This document shows, piece after piece, positions 11,001 to 20,493 of a DNA stretch of 64,000 nt. The position numbers were made by a program, and so were the translations under genes. Each line of letters begins with the position of its first letter. Positions within the stretch are counted from its first letter, which is position 1. This stretch comes from Barthelona sp. PCE (Eukaryota), in NCBI GenBank assembly GCA_040285745.1, contig JAUFOR010000003.1, positions 744,001-808,000 on the forward strand, in the 5' to 3' direction. Below the pieces are notes generated by a model, which did not search any database, had not been told where the DNA came from, and was given only the letters and a program-made list of their open reading frames with translations.

Positions 11001-12017
11001 CCTAATGAAAAACAAGCATTTATTGAACTTGAAGAACTTCTAACGAATGCACACCTTGATCAAACTATTCTTCTTCCCTCAATCATCATTTTTGTAGAAG
11101 ATTCAATTGAGTTGAACCCATTTAATGTTCTTGTTATACTTGTGATGCTTTCATTGATGAACACAAATGAGATTAAGAAGAGACAGAAGCTGTTTTTATT
11201 TTTGTTTTACACAATTACGGAACTATATTTCTTTGAGAAAGAACGTAAATACTGGAATTGTTTCGACTTAGACAATATTGAACGTTTATTGCTGAACAAA
11301 GCCTCATTTATCCTTGAAAATATCGCTGAATTACAGCGCACCAACGATAATATGTTGTTTCTAACACTTATTTCTATTGGTAAAATTATCAAACAATTCA
11401 ACTGCTCAATTTCTGTCTTTGAATTACTTAGTAATGTGTTGGATTCAAAACAGTATCTAAAAATTCGCATTCATGTTTGCCTGTGCAGTCTTTTTGTTGC
11501 TTCATTGCAGCGATTTTTTGAATGCAATCATTATGAGGTGATTAGAGATACTCTTACATCATCTCTGGCGAATCAACCAATTATCCAGAGCACAATGATA
11601 GCAACCGGGTTTACAGACCAATATTTGGACGTTATAAAGACAAATATGGAAGCAAAGTTGGACGTCGTTGATATGATGCTATCCAATTTTTTGAAAGTTT
11701 CTCATTTTTCTGTTGGTCATACATTCCCGTTCTATCCTTCCTATGAGTTCATCAAAACAGATGATGTGATCATTAACGCTATTGTTTGTATGGGTTATTT
11801 CCTCAAATGTCAGTTTTGTAACACGTGCCAAGAAGAGCATGGTATTCAATTGCTAGATGCTTTGAACAAGCTGAAAACTGTTCATTTCGAGCATATTAAG
11901 AACTATTTAAAGCTTACATATTTGTTAACGTATGGTAAACAAAATTTTCCTGAAGAACTAAGATGCAGGATTAAGGAAATGTTATCATTCATGTTTAAAC
12001 ATGAAAAATCAGTGTAA
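8097..12017 (+). CDS. Large protein with DOCK DHR-1/C2-like segments and helical C-terminus; no evident DHR-2
   Basis: 1306 aa ORF. NYLYISFDSL, LLVAELIHI and LLSRTYSNDEYISRIF resemble DOCK C2 landmarks (NHLYVYP, LLFTFYHV, VSTVYTQD..LHNFF). Family call is tentative. Confidence 0.45.
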   Translation: MFGHQLTSSANSLLARLSSVHYLSSAYETCVSFGIFDSKKSRYLTESFSVHIPPLLKFERHQVRGINQCDFADLDLEVTQMHYNFFVIIYRRLRPQPGASNCAFDCWQRIAAGSFELEHIVDMMFRSEKAIPVATIDIPLYYVDDDSVPDEGVLSHLLKPREYDHLYIEPTFQSVTFQFELSQPSVFCAPVFSFVTEENTNRFISSFTANMVPHMNSTHEPNYLYISFDSLVVRGVNGGYGAIHFNLLDFDGLPLQIPALCEHRGPSLKYDVFSPLFKMSPVVISSFKFCIDLSVFPRLTDPVLLVAELIHIPERRKSVQNGKYKLLCTSQPLLLKRPDGYQFTTGPQTMKLGSDVETPQENIARLAIVAEVEEDDSSTGSGGFSDTLSFPNISVLGELQVGESVDLSDFDVDDSMELSEPEFSTADEILSDHTLTSPSRSMSFVDGMKQKRVHGLTHSLSLASPMMRQSVANKLEDGPFSGRLPNNSTFRMTRSDSVASAAPFISDQIECEMSLSIELLSRTYSNDEYISRIFFDLDALIDNYNNDPRFFSVDSPTEFSQRELLTNNLIDSLRTLPLAKAEQRTLFMDKLIKKLSLLLSNYFTNPIMLIHLIAALCVLLALSKDDEKAVVIRLLKKEISRFQVFHQIFSFLCGFFDNLVDKSLDGIPGFSGTDINGVGFRRKSSNLSTLAKQSSSNISDVDAISLPPKMTMSIIKSYTYLLDMCLFGFSSSDFLPSSPVKSPLRSKFNFNPSLMRMASNISSIVTETKVIDVDYELSGYDPCIIDLTSTLTDSLENLIVVLDSHGLLETNTYINMLMLPILKDRSNISSVRACKFFVDYCPQDTINCLYWCLTSLLENANDLFDNELQTQLMNVLFEVFTVSKTLSHFSFLSLDPILELLQSVVYNTPLVSSIIEQLSSVTANSRLSNVQEVPSFDFTKHILDFNDIKQNTELKALSVLFNHMERELPNEKQAFIELEELLTNAHLDQTILLPSIIIFVEDSIELNPFNVLVILVMLSLMNTNEIKKRQKLFLFLFYTITELYFFEKERKYWNCFDLDNIERLLLNKASFILENIAELQRTNDNMLFLTLISIGKIIKQFNCSISVFELLSNVLDSKQYLKIRIHVCLCSLFVASLQRFFECNHYEVIRDTLTSSLANQPIIQSTMIATGFTDQYLDVIKTNMEAKLDVVDMMLSNFLKVSHFSVGHTFPFYPSYEFIKTDDVIINAIVCMGYFLKCQFCNTCQEEHGIQLLDALNKLKTVHFEHIKNYLKLTYLLTYGKQNFPEELRCRIKEMLSFMFKHEKSV

Positions 12018-12557
12018 AAACGTGACTATTCGATGCGCAAGAGCAGAATTAATTCCAACTGCATGAAGTTCTTCTGGAGTTGCTGAAAGCACAGAATGAA
12101 GGTTAGGGAATGATCTGACAATCATTGGGACCGTTTTTGGTCCAACCCCAGGTATAGTCTGCAACAAATCTGTGAAAGTTTTTGAGGTCGGTACTGAATG
12201 AGAAGAAGACTCTTTCATCCAAGACTTTAAGAACATGCTGCATTGATCTAAGACGGAGAAGTACAGGAATGACACGTGCTTATGCACGCAAAGCATATTT
12301 GTGATGCGCGCAATCGTAGCCTGTGGAACTTCTGGTTCGATAAAAACGACATAACAACGAGTTCCATCAGTGAAGTCATCTGGTATATCCACTTTGAGCC
12401 CCAAAAAGTGAGAATCAACAACCAAAAAATAAGACAAAACGTTATTATCAACAAAAAAAGTGCTTGACAAATTTGCAACCTTTCTAACTGGGAAATCTCG
12501 CTTTAGAGTATCATGTAACTGCTCTGAACATAATAAAGGATTGTAATGACAAGACAT
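12009..12557 (-). CDS. FAAP24/ERCC1-like protein (inactive ERCC4 domain + HhH2)
   Basis: C-terminal TIPGVGPKTVPMIVRSFPNLHSVLSATPEEL..LAHRIVTFL tandem HhH. First ATG is 12557; the track start is TTG. Confidence 0.7.
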   Translation of the reverse strand: MSCHYNPLLCSEQLHDTLKRDFPVRKVANLSSTFFVDNNVLSYFLVVDSHFLGLKVDIPDDFTDGTRCYVVFIEPEVPQATIARITNMLCVHKHVSFLYFSVLDQCSMFLKSWMKESSSHSVPTSKTFTDLLQTIPGVGPKTVPMIVRSFPNLHSVLSATPEELHAVGINSALAHRIVTFLH

Positions 12558-12728
12558 GTCACACAATTGATAGGGAAGAATTTTCTGATTTCAACATTAA
12601 AAATATCACAGTTGGCTGGGTTCATCAGTGTGCGGCTGCAGGACAATGTGAAGTGTGAAATAGCTGAGATAGTTAACATTAAGCTCATTATTTTGCTTTT
12701 CATATTTACTCTTATTTCAACTTTTGAA

Positions 12729-13673
12729 ATGGTCACAGAAGTTTCTGAAACCGTAGGCTTTATTGGCGTGCTTATGTCAATAATATTTTTTGGGTCGTTT
12801 GGAATTTTCCTCAAAGCTCCTATTTGCGAAAGTTTATCACCACATCCTATTGAATACCAAATATACTATTGTGTTGCAGTTGCAATCGTAGGTATTCCTT
12901 TTGCTTTTATTGGAGGTGATATTACCTTTTCAATTTATCCCCTTATTGGTGCATGTTTATGGGTTCCTTCCAGTCTACTTGCGCTCTTTGCTATTCGTAA
13001 CGCTGGCCTGGGGCCCGGACAAGGTGTTTGGAGTGGTGTAACCATTATCGTCTCTGTGATGTGGGGTGTTTTCTACTACGATGAAGAAATCAAATCTCCG
13101 TCGTTATTTATCATTGCTCTCATTGCCATGCTGGCTGCTCTTGTCGTTGCTGCATTCGCAGGTGCACCTGTTGAAGAAGATGATGATGGTACTGAAATGG
13201 AAATTCGCTCTTCTTTCGCAGAAAACAAGAAGAAACCTTCCTTCGCAAAGGGAATGATTGCTTCTGTCGGCCTTGGTCTGCTTAACGGTTCTCTCATGGC
13301 TCCTTTAAAGGCAAGCAACATGGACGCTTTTGTTTATACTTTTGAATTCTCAAGCTACTCTTTGCTCGTTATTCTTGTTATATATTTAATCATGCACAAG
13401 AGAATTGCCCTTAACACAAAGTTTATCTTCAAATATGGTGTCTTATCTGGATTGTTTTGGGCTCTTGGCAACTTTGGCTCCATCATCGCCAGTATTTCTC
13501 CTCTAGGCATGTCAGTTGGCTTCCCTCTAACACAGGCTGCTCTTGTAATTGGTGGTCTATGGGCTATTTACTATTTCAAGGAGATAACTCAAAAGAAAAA
13601 GATTGCAATCTTCCTGCTTGCTTCTTTAACTGTTGTAGGAACAGCCTACCTCTTCAGTATCGCTAAGGCTTAG
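12729..13673 (+). CDS. DMT-superfamily transporter, TMEM144/sugar-transporter-like
   Basis: 10-TM pattern with IFFGSFGIFLK, AIRNAGLGPGQGVW, SGLFWALGN and GMSVGFPLTQ. ATG 12729 avoids overlap with the divergent gene. Confidence 0.85.
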   Translation: MVTEVSETVGFIGVLMSIIFFGSFGIFLKAPICESLSPHPIEYQIYYCVAVAIVGIPFAFIGGDITFSIYPLIGACLWVPSSLLALFAIRNAGLGPGQGVWSGVTIIVSVMWGVFYYDEEIKSPSLFIIALIAMLAALVVAAFAGAPVEEDDDGTEMEIRSSFAENKKKPSFAKGMIASVGLGLLNGSLMAPLKASNMDAFVYTFEFSSYSLLVILVIYLIMHKRIALNTKFIFKYGVLSGLFWALGNFGSIIASISPLGMSVGFPLTQAALVIGGLWAIYYFKEITQKKKIAIFLLASLTVVGTAYLFSIAKA

Positions 13674-15541
13674 TCAAAACGAATAAAACCCGTTAATAAA
13701 AGTGTTTGTTCTTCGTCTACAAAGTAGTGATCCCTTGTATACTCTTGTGTTTGATTGTAATGCCGTGTAAGATGATATATACGGCCGAAATTGAGCTCCT
13801 GGCTGCTTTTGTCTGCAATCCAGGTTATTTGACCAAAGATTCTATTCTCAAGCTCTACTGATATAAAACCTTTTCCAAAATAAACGTATAAAACCCTGAA
13901 TTGAACAAACCTGAGCTCGTTTTGGGCTGCTCGGATTGCTGTCATGTATTGAACAGCCTGTTTATGTGGAAAAAATAAACTTCTGGTCATCTGACTCACT
14001 CTGCCAATTGGGAAATTCAAATCACTGCTATTTACCCACCACCCGGGTGGCACATTGCCTATAGCATCAGCCCATGATGTTTTAAACGGACGTCCTACAG
14101 AAAATGAAGAATTGAAAATCATAGGATAAGGAACTGGGGCACCAGTAATAAGATTAAAATACTCAAAGTTGGGATTCAAAAGCAATAAATCCTTCCAATC
14201 AAGGCGATACGTCACTGGATCCTCAACCTCAACGAAATTTAAATGAATGAAAGCCGCAGCCTCCATCAAAGTATTACCATGACGTGCAACAATCATATCA
14301 GCATTCATAGCCACATCATCCTCAACAACATCAACTGTAACAAGGCGTTCCTTTGAGTAAGAACCTATAACAGGTTTGACTGCAGCAAAATTACTTCCTA
14401 ATCTATTAATAATTGCCCTGCATCCTTCGAGACTTTCGTTGAAAATTGTCTCGTGGCCTTCTCTGTTCACAAGACGGTTTGCTAAAAAGTCATAATCATT
14501 ACATTTAAAGTGAATATGGGTGAAAAAGTGACTCTTATCTCTTAAAAACCGGGAATACATTGATCTGCTATGTTTCGATACATGACATCCATCAATGCAT
14601 ATTAGTACGTTACCCGGTAGTTCTACAGCGCACTCTACGATGCGGTTGAGTGCTATACCTACCAATCCTTGTACTGAATTAACATCTATACTGAATTTTT
14701 CACTAAAATGACTCGCAAGCTGATCCCTGCTGATATAAACAAGTGTCATGTCTATCTTGTTGTGCAAAACTTGATGCAACTGCTGCAAAAAAGTGGACTT
14801 GCCTGTTCCTGGCAAACCACTCGCAATTATTATACCAATCTTGCAAAACTCCCGCTGAAGAATGGTTGGTGCCTGTAAAGGATGTGTTAAAGCGGAATTA
14901 AAGAGTGCATCAAATATTACAAAATTTAATCTCAATGGAAACAGTTTTAAAAACTTTAACATCCTCTTTTGTGCAAAGGCAGTATGGCTTGGTTTTCCTG
15001 CTATAGTTTTTATACATTCAGGATTAGTGAGGATAAAATTTTGTAATTGTTCTAAAGTGAATGCCTTTGCATTTTGTTCTGTTCCGAACCAAAGAACAGT
15101 GTCCATTGTTATCGTGCTGGTATCTTTAGGAGTTAAATCACGGAAACCAGGACCAGTAGTGTATGAATTTAACCCTTCACAAATAAAATCGACTGTTTTT
15201 TTGGAGAAACTATAATGTGAGACCTTAAAAAATGTTGTAGAGCTCGTTATGTTTGCGAAAAAGAATCCTCTATCCTTCTCCAAATGCATATGCATTAACT
15301 CAATAATTTCTTCGTCAAGAAGGTCAGATGCTTGGTAACTTGCTGTGTCATCAGCCACACATAGCTCATTGTTCCCCTCAAAATACCCAATAAGATGGCT
15401 ACACTCAAGAAACTCTCCAAACCCAACACCTAAAAATTTTTTTTCCGTTAGAAGCTCCCAACAGTTTGCTTCCGGTGTGCCTTTCTCCCCATATAACTGT
15501 TCAAACGCGTTGAAAGTTGCAGCATCAGGAAAATTTGACAT
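13670..15541 (-). CDS. P-loop kinase-domain protein (AAA_33/Trl1 polynucleotide-kinase-like)
   Basis: Walker A SGLPGTGKST, YISRD, Walker-B-like ICIDGCH, lid RLVNREGHETI. Flanking domains not recognised. Confidence 0.6.
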   Translation of the reverse strand: MSNFPDAATFNAFEQLYGEKGTPEANCWELLTEKKFLGVGFGEFLECSHLIGYFEGNNELCVADDTASYQASDLLDEEIIELMHMHLEKDRGFFFANITSSTTFFKVSHYSFSKKTVDFICEGLNSYTTGPGFRDLTPKDTSTITMDTVLWFGTEQNAKAFTLEQLQNFILTNPECIKTIAGKPSHTAFAQKRMLKFLKLFPLRLNFVIFDALFNSALTHPLQAPTILQREFCKIGIIIASGLPGTGKSTFLQQLHQVLHNKIDMTLVYISRDQLASHFSEKFSIDVNSVQGLVGIALNRIVECAVELPGNVLICIDGCHVSKHSRSMYSRFLRDKSHFFTHIHFKCNDYDFLANRLVNREGHETIFNESLEGCRAIINRLGSNFAAVKPVIGSYSKERLVTVDVVEDDVAMNADMIVARHGNTLMEAAAFIHLNFVEVEDPVTYRLDWKDLLLLNPNFEYFNLITGAPVPYPMIFNSSFSVGRPFKTSWADAIGNVPPGWWVNSSDLNFPIGRVSQMTRSLFFPHKQAVQYMTAIRAAQNELRFVQFRVLYVYFGKGFISVELENRIFGQITWIADKSSQELNFGRIYHLTRHYNQTQEYTRDHYFVDEEQTLLLTGFIRFD

Positions 15542-15977
15542 GATAAAGAAAATTCTGAAAACAGATCTATTTTACATATGAAACCTTCATTCAGTAGAAA
15601 ATTTCGAGTTACAAAAGAAATTTATCGCGAAATTCCTTTAAAATGTCTTTATCAAAAAAAGTAATAAAGTGCAGGGTAATAAGAGTAAAAGTATTATTTT
15701 CTGTTCACTCAGGTGTATTTTTTACCGAACTGGCCTTTAGTAACAAACTTTACTCAAAAAAAGCAACTGTGATTCTTTATCAAAACTCGACTGGCAATGT
15801 TGTTAAAATATACTAAGTCCCTAAACAGTCGATAAAATGCACAAATACCAACGTTACATTCACTGAAATGCTAACAAACTGAAATTGAAACTGTTTTTTG
15901 AAATTCTACTTTTCTGTTCCGGGTTTTTTCATTCTTTTACTGATTTTTACGTTTAAAAACGATTGAAATATTTAAAT

Positions 15978-16613
15978 ATGACAGAGAAAGAGCATTTTGT
16001 TAAGGTATTGGTGTGTGGACAAGCAGCTGTCGGCAAAACAAGTATTGTGAGACGTGTAGTTCACGACATCTTCGAGAATTCATATAAGCAAACTATTGCC
16101 GTCGATTTTGGAGTCAAAGCACTTGAATTGGATGCTTTTAATGTAATTAAGATTCAATTTTGGGATGTACAAGGTCAGGAACTCACAAACCCACTCACAA
16201 ACATATATTACCGCAACGCAGTCGGCTGCTTTGTTGTCTATGATCTCAGCAGACCGGAAACACTAGAGGAATCCATTCCATGGAAGCAGGATATTGACGG
16301 AAAGGTACTACTGCCAGATGGCACACGTCTCCCTGCCATTTTGGTTGGAAACAAGTGCGATTTAGTCATAGATCAGGATATTGAAAACCAAAAAGAAAGC
16401 ATAGATGAATTTTGTGATGAACATGGTTTTGATGATTATGTTGTAACTTCTGCAAAGACTGGACAAAACGTTATGGAGTCGGTTGAGAAGTTGGCAAAGC
16501 TTATTATCGAAAGATTGAATATTAATTTGGATCCAAACGTTGAAAGTGAAAATAATCAATATGAATCAATTAATCTCCAGTCTGATGACGAGGACAGCAC
16601 TTGTGCGTGTTAA
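15978..16613 (+). CDS. RAB32: Rab32/38-like small GTPase
   Basis: GQAAVGKTS, YKQTIAVDF, WDVQGQE, WKQDIDGKVLLPDG..PAILVGNKCDL (Rab32/38 signature), TSAK, C-terminal CAC. First ATG is 15978. Confidence 0.85.
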   Translation: MTEKEHFVKVLVCGQAAVGKTSIVRRVVHDIFENSYKQTIAVDFGVKALELDAFNVIKIQFWDVQGQELTNPLTNIYYRNAVGCFVVYDLSRPETLEESIPWKQDIDGKVLLPDGTRLPAILVGNKCDLVIDQDIENQKESIDEFCDEHGFDDYVVTSAKTGQNVMESVEKLAKLIIERLNINLDPNVESENNQYESINLQSDDEDSTCAC

Positions 16614-16663
16614 TTTATTCTTCAATAAAGTTTAGAAATTTTTTTCTCCTCAATTACTGAACT

Positions 16664-16873
16664 CTATGATGCGTGATTTTCTTCCAGAGTCTCATCCATG
16701 TTAACGGGTAGTAAGGGAGAGTAAACAGATTCTTTACAGAGATCTAAGTTTGGGTATGGTGCCACGAAGGGGTCACCGAGGTCAGTGTGCGGAAGTCCAA
16801 AAATCCGATAAAAGAAAATAGGTAACCTTGATATAAGTGAACTAAGCAAATTCAACCCTGCTTCGTGTTCCAT
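16664..16873 (-). CDS. Possible small hypothetical protein (69 aa from ATG 16873)
   Basis: Open frame filling an otherwise unusually long 3' gap; no recognisable motif. Confidence 0.25.
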   Translation of the reverse strand: MEHEAGLNLLSSLISRLPIFFYRIFGLPHTDLGDPFVAPYPNLDLCKESVYSPLLPVNMDETLEENHAS

Positions 16874-16910
16874 TCTCAATTGTTCATCAATCCGGGATCT
16901 TGAGGATCGG

Positions 16911-18518
16911 TTACATGTTATTATCAACCCCAATATCATTGGTTTCAATATTAGGCTCTAATTCAACAACTACCCTTTCCACCAATATCATATCATTTAA
17001 AACTGATGAAGCTACTTTTTCTTTTTTAGCAGGTTTTGCACTTCTCCAACGGCAACTCTTATACACTCTATCAATAAGAAAAGCTAAAGGAAAAGCTAAA
17101 AATGACAGCAATAAATACAAACTAATAAAACAACCGATAGCAAGTGGAGATGTTGTCAAAACAAGATTTTCAGTATACGGCCATAATGTAAACTGTGACA
17201 ATACTGTTCCATTTGAATCCCAAGGTACACCATGAAAACTACCATTAACAAAGAGTGTTTGAATAGAATAAACATAAAGAGACATAGATCCCATATATAA
17301 AAACATCTTTGTGCTGCCAATTTTCCCCATTATCGGAAATAATTTGGGAAAAAGAATCAAAACAAATAATATGCCCGCATAACACAAAGTAATATGTATT
17401 GTGGAAAGTGCATATTCCCATTCAAAGCCGGGTGCACTTGTTGTTTTTGTGAATGCCCATGAAAAAAGCGGTATCCATTTAAAAAAAATTAAATAATACA
17501 ACAGAAGTTCAAAAAATCCCAATACAAGATATTTTCCAGGCTTCCATTTCAATGCATTATTAAATCTACTAATAAGTACCCTTTTAATTGAATAAACCGT
17601 CTTTGTTTTCGAAACAATGTCGATTATTATCATTATAATGAAAAATATTGCTAATACTGGCACGTATGTAGATGGTCTGCTGTATACATCCATCCTAAAT
17701 ACCCAATTAGGTCTTCCTATCTCGCTGTGGTTGAACCTATTGACTGTTCTCAATTTTGTATGATAAGAAAAGAAGAATAATGCAAATATTGAAAAAGCTA
17801 ACAGATATAACTTCAAAAAAAAGCGTTTACCACCTTCATTTCGAACAGTTTTACGAACAATTATTGTAAATAACTTCATTGCATACATAAATAATGGAAT
17901 AAACAATAAGAATAAAGAAAGATCTACCTCCAAATACCATAAAACAGTGTACATGGGATAATTTGTTCTGACATTAGGGAAATCAATCATTCGGAAACAG
18001 AAATCCGAAATCCAGGGAATGGAAGAAAAAACACAAAATTCCCGGAAACCTGACATCGACAAAATCTTTGGAATAAACTGATCCCATGTAAAATCCCATG
18101 CCTTCTCTCTGTTATCGTAATTGTATCTCAGTATAAATTGTAACAATAAAATCCACCATAATCGTAATAATCGATTGTAGAATGTTCCCAACCATGTTCT
18201 CCAAGAATATGTAAATTTTCCCTCAAAATAGTTTTTAAGCGATCTCTTCAAGGCCAAATAAAAGGTCAGCAACATAAATCCAACGAGAGAACTCCATAAT
18301 GCCCGACAGACTAATTGTTGTGCATCCTTCATCCCATCACTCCAAGAGGAGTCCAACTTATCACATATCACTTGCTCATGCACTTCAAGGATCAAAAACG
18401 AACAAACTACTCGAAAAAAGTTTAGATGTGGATTAAACGACTTAGATTTTCCTGCAGCAGTAGTAAATCCCGTAAAATCTGTCGAAAGTATCTTATCGGC
18501 CCTACTTTTAAACCCCAT
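16911..18518 (-). CDS. Acyltransferase family 3 (OafA/NRF-6-like) membrane O-acyltransferase
   Basis: HLNFFRVVCSFLILEVH (~LDGLR..H), FYNRLLRLW, LWYLEVDLSLFLL (~LWYL.VE), GSMSLYVYSIQ; multi-TM. Confidence 0.8.
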   Translation of the reverse strand: MGFKSRADKILSTDFTGFTTAAGKSKSFNPHLNFFRVVCSFLILEVHEQVICDKLDSSWSDGMKDAQQLVCRALWSSLVGFMLLTFYLALKRSLKNYFEGKFTYSWRTWLGTFYNRLLRLWWILLLQFILRYNYDNREKAWDFTWDQFIPKILSMSGFREFCVFSSIPWISDFCFRMIDFPNVRTNYPMYTVLWYLEVDLSLFLLFIPLFMYAMKLFTIIVRKTVRNEGGKRFFLKLYLLAFSIFALFFFSYHTKLRTVNRFNHSEIGRPNWVFRMDVYSRPSTYVPVLAIFFIIMIIIDIVSKTKTVYSIKRVLISRFNNALKWKPGKYLVLGFFELLLYYLIFFKWIPLFSWAFTKTTSAPGFEWEYALSTIHITLCYAGILFVLILFPKLFPIMGKIGSTKMFLYMGSMSLYVYSIQTLFVNGSFHGVPWDSNGTVLSQFTLWPYTENLVLTTSPLAIGCFISLYLLLSFLAFPLAFLIDRVYKSCRWRSAKPAKKEKVASSVLNDMILVERVVVELEPNIETNDIGVDNNM

Positions 18519-18712
18519 TTATGCTTAAAAGAACAAAGAACTAAGTTATTTAATGAAAAATGAGAAATATCTTTTTACAAACCATCTAGTGCAGTTGCTT
18601 TGTAGCCATTTTGTGCCAGATTCCTTCGTACAAAAGAATCATAAACATGATTAAAATTTTTTTCCCTTTTCAAAACGATTTAGCAAAATTTTTGTTGAGT
18701 TAAAATTGCAAC

Positions 18713-19465
18713 ATGTTCTTCGACTTAGGTATCAACGTCTCTTCGGCGTCAAATATGCATGGATGCTTGCTCATGGCTAAGAAATTGGGTTATTCAACGA
18801 TTGCTGTCAACCACCATACTTCTATAACCGAAAGGGGACTTGAAGTACCAGAAATTCGAGAATTTGCTGCACAAAATCATGTAGATCCTTGCATTTACTT
18901 CACTGAGTCAGTTAATCCTAAAATAGTTGAATATCCTAACATCATCAACAGACTCACTGTCACAGTCAACTCTCTCACCAAAATCACAACATTAAAGAAC
19001 GATTCTCTTGACAAATTTGACTTACTGGCAGCACGTCCTATGAACAACAAATGTTTTGAATATTGTTGTAGAGATGCTGCCATCGACATGATAGACCTGG
19101 ACCTCACACAGAAACTGCCGGTCCGACTTGGATTCCATGACATTAATGTTGCTATAAGTAGAGGTGTCAGTTTTTCAGTGTCTTATGGTGATGCTATGAT
19201 ATCAATGGATGAAAAGATGATGTTTCTGTCACAACTAAGCTCTCTTATCACTTTCACAAGGGGTAGAAATATTATTTTTTGTTCTGGCGCAGATGCACCA
19301 AGATTAATCAGAGACCACACTAGTTTGCGGAATTTGCTCGATGTCGTCGGCCTTCCTTTCACAAAGGCCCGCCGTTGCTTCACTTCCAACTGTCTCATTG
19401 CACTTGAAAACGCTGTTAACCGACGTTCTGTAGGTGGTGCAGTTTCGATTACACAAGCGAAATGA
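18713..19465 (+). CDS. RPP30: RNase P/MRP subunit p30
   Basis: MFFDLGI, LGYSTIAVNH, FDLLAARP, IDMIDLD, AISRGVSFSVSY, GRNIIFCSGA. Confidence 0.93.
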   Translation: MFFDLGINVSSASNMHGCLLMAKKLGYSTIAVNHHTSITERGLEVPEIREFAAQNHVDPCIYFTESVNPKIVEYPNIINRLTVTVNSLTKITTLKNDSLDKFDLLAARPMNNKCFEYCCRDAAIDMIDLDLTQKLPVRLGFHDINVAISRGVSFSVSYGDAMISMDEKMMFLSQLSSLITFTRGRNIIFCSGADAPRLIRDHTSLRNLLDVVGLPFTKARRCFTSNCLIALENAVNRRSVGGAVSITQAK

Positions 19466-19475
19466 TTAACTCTAT

Positions 19476-20425
19476 TTACAAGAAAATGACCTTCGTAGCA
19501 AGGCCCAGAACCGCATGGATGCCCATAAACACAATTAGCAGTATGACAGCTGTCTTAGAATCCTTATATTGGCTCCATAAACGTGTAAACAACGAAAATG
19601 CTGTAAACGCTGCAACCAAAACAATCAAAACAGTCCTAACGGTGTTGGAGGTGAAAACAAACAGAACAAAGATTGGAAGATAAGCTATCAATGAGTAACC
19701 ATAAACACAGTATAAAAACTTCAATGTAGGGACATTTGTCATGAATCCTTGTGATACTAACCAAAAGATCGCGGGCATGAGAAGACCGTAGCCCAAAAAG
19801 ATACCTCCACAAGTCGACATCTGACTCCATTTGAACGCAAACTCTTTACCACTTGTGTATGTTTCATAGTAAGCAATCAAGTTGTTGCAAAGTGCTACAA
19901 CGAAGATTAATGTGACGGTGATCCAGATAGGACCGTAGAAATCAGGATTCTCACGCATTTTTCCAGTGACTGGGGAATTAACTTTGGGGACGATGCTTGA
20001 AACAATTCTTTGGAGGAATCCCTTTGTATCAATATCAAAGTTACCTCTGTAGCGTTTCAGTGAATAACAGGGATACTCACTAGGATCTTTTTGATCCTCC
20101 GGGTCTGCTCCAAGAGTAGGAACATTATTATTAAAGCCAAAAACAGCGCCTTCGACGTCCTCCTCTTCTGCTTCTCCTTCAGGCTCATCTTGAAAGTCAA
20201 CATTTTGACCAGTTTCAAAGAAATCCAAAATTTCGGTATTAGTATTGGTAGTTTCTTCCTCAGCGGGTGTATACTCGGTGTTTGCTAGGTATTAGCGGAA
20301 TAGTCCCTCAAATAAATCAACATACTCTCATTTGCGACATTTTCGGATCCTCCAAAGCCGTCATCCTCCAAAAAAGCTGCGAGGTCGTCAGCAGCTGAGT
20401 CCATCAAGCGATTTTCTTCACTCAT
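19476..20425 (-). CDS. Yip1-domain protein (YIPF1/2-like); 2 exons 20326-20425 and 19476-20284
   Basis: PDFYGPIWITVTLIF and CVYGYSLIAYLP. Spliced length 909 nt is in frame. Alternative ATG at 20404. Confidence 0.88.
20285..20325 (-). other. Spliceosomal intron, 41 nt (Yip1 gene)
   Basis: GTATGT...GCTAATACCTAG; removal joins the ATG exon to the Yip1 ORF in frame. Confidence 0.88.
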
Positions 20426-20493
20426 AAAATGTCAATAAAGACGAAAGGGTAAGATTATGCTAAAACAAGATTATCAGCTACTTTTATTTTCAA

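Noticed and set aside
12546-12728. Long N-terminal extensions in the ORF track (also 32460, 34414, 53343, 54801)
   Set aside because: They start at TTG/GTG or run through AT-rich promoter DNA; homology or the signal peptide begins at a downstream ATG.
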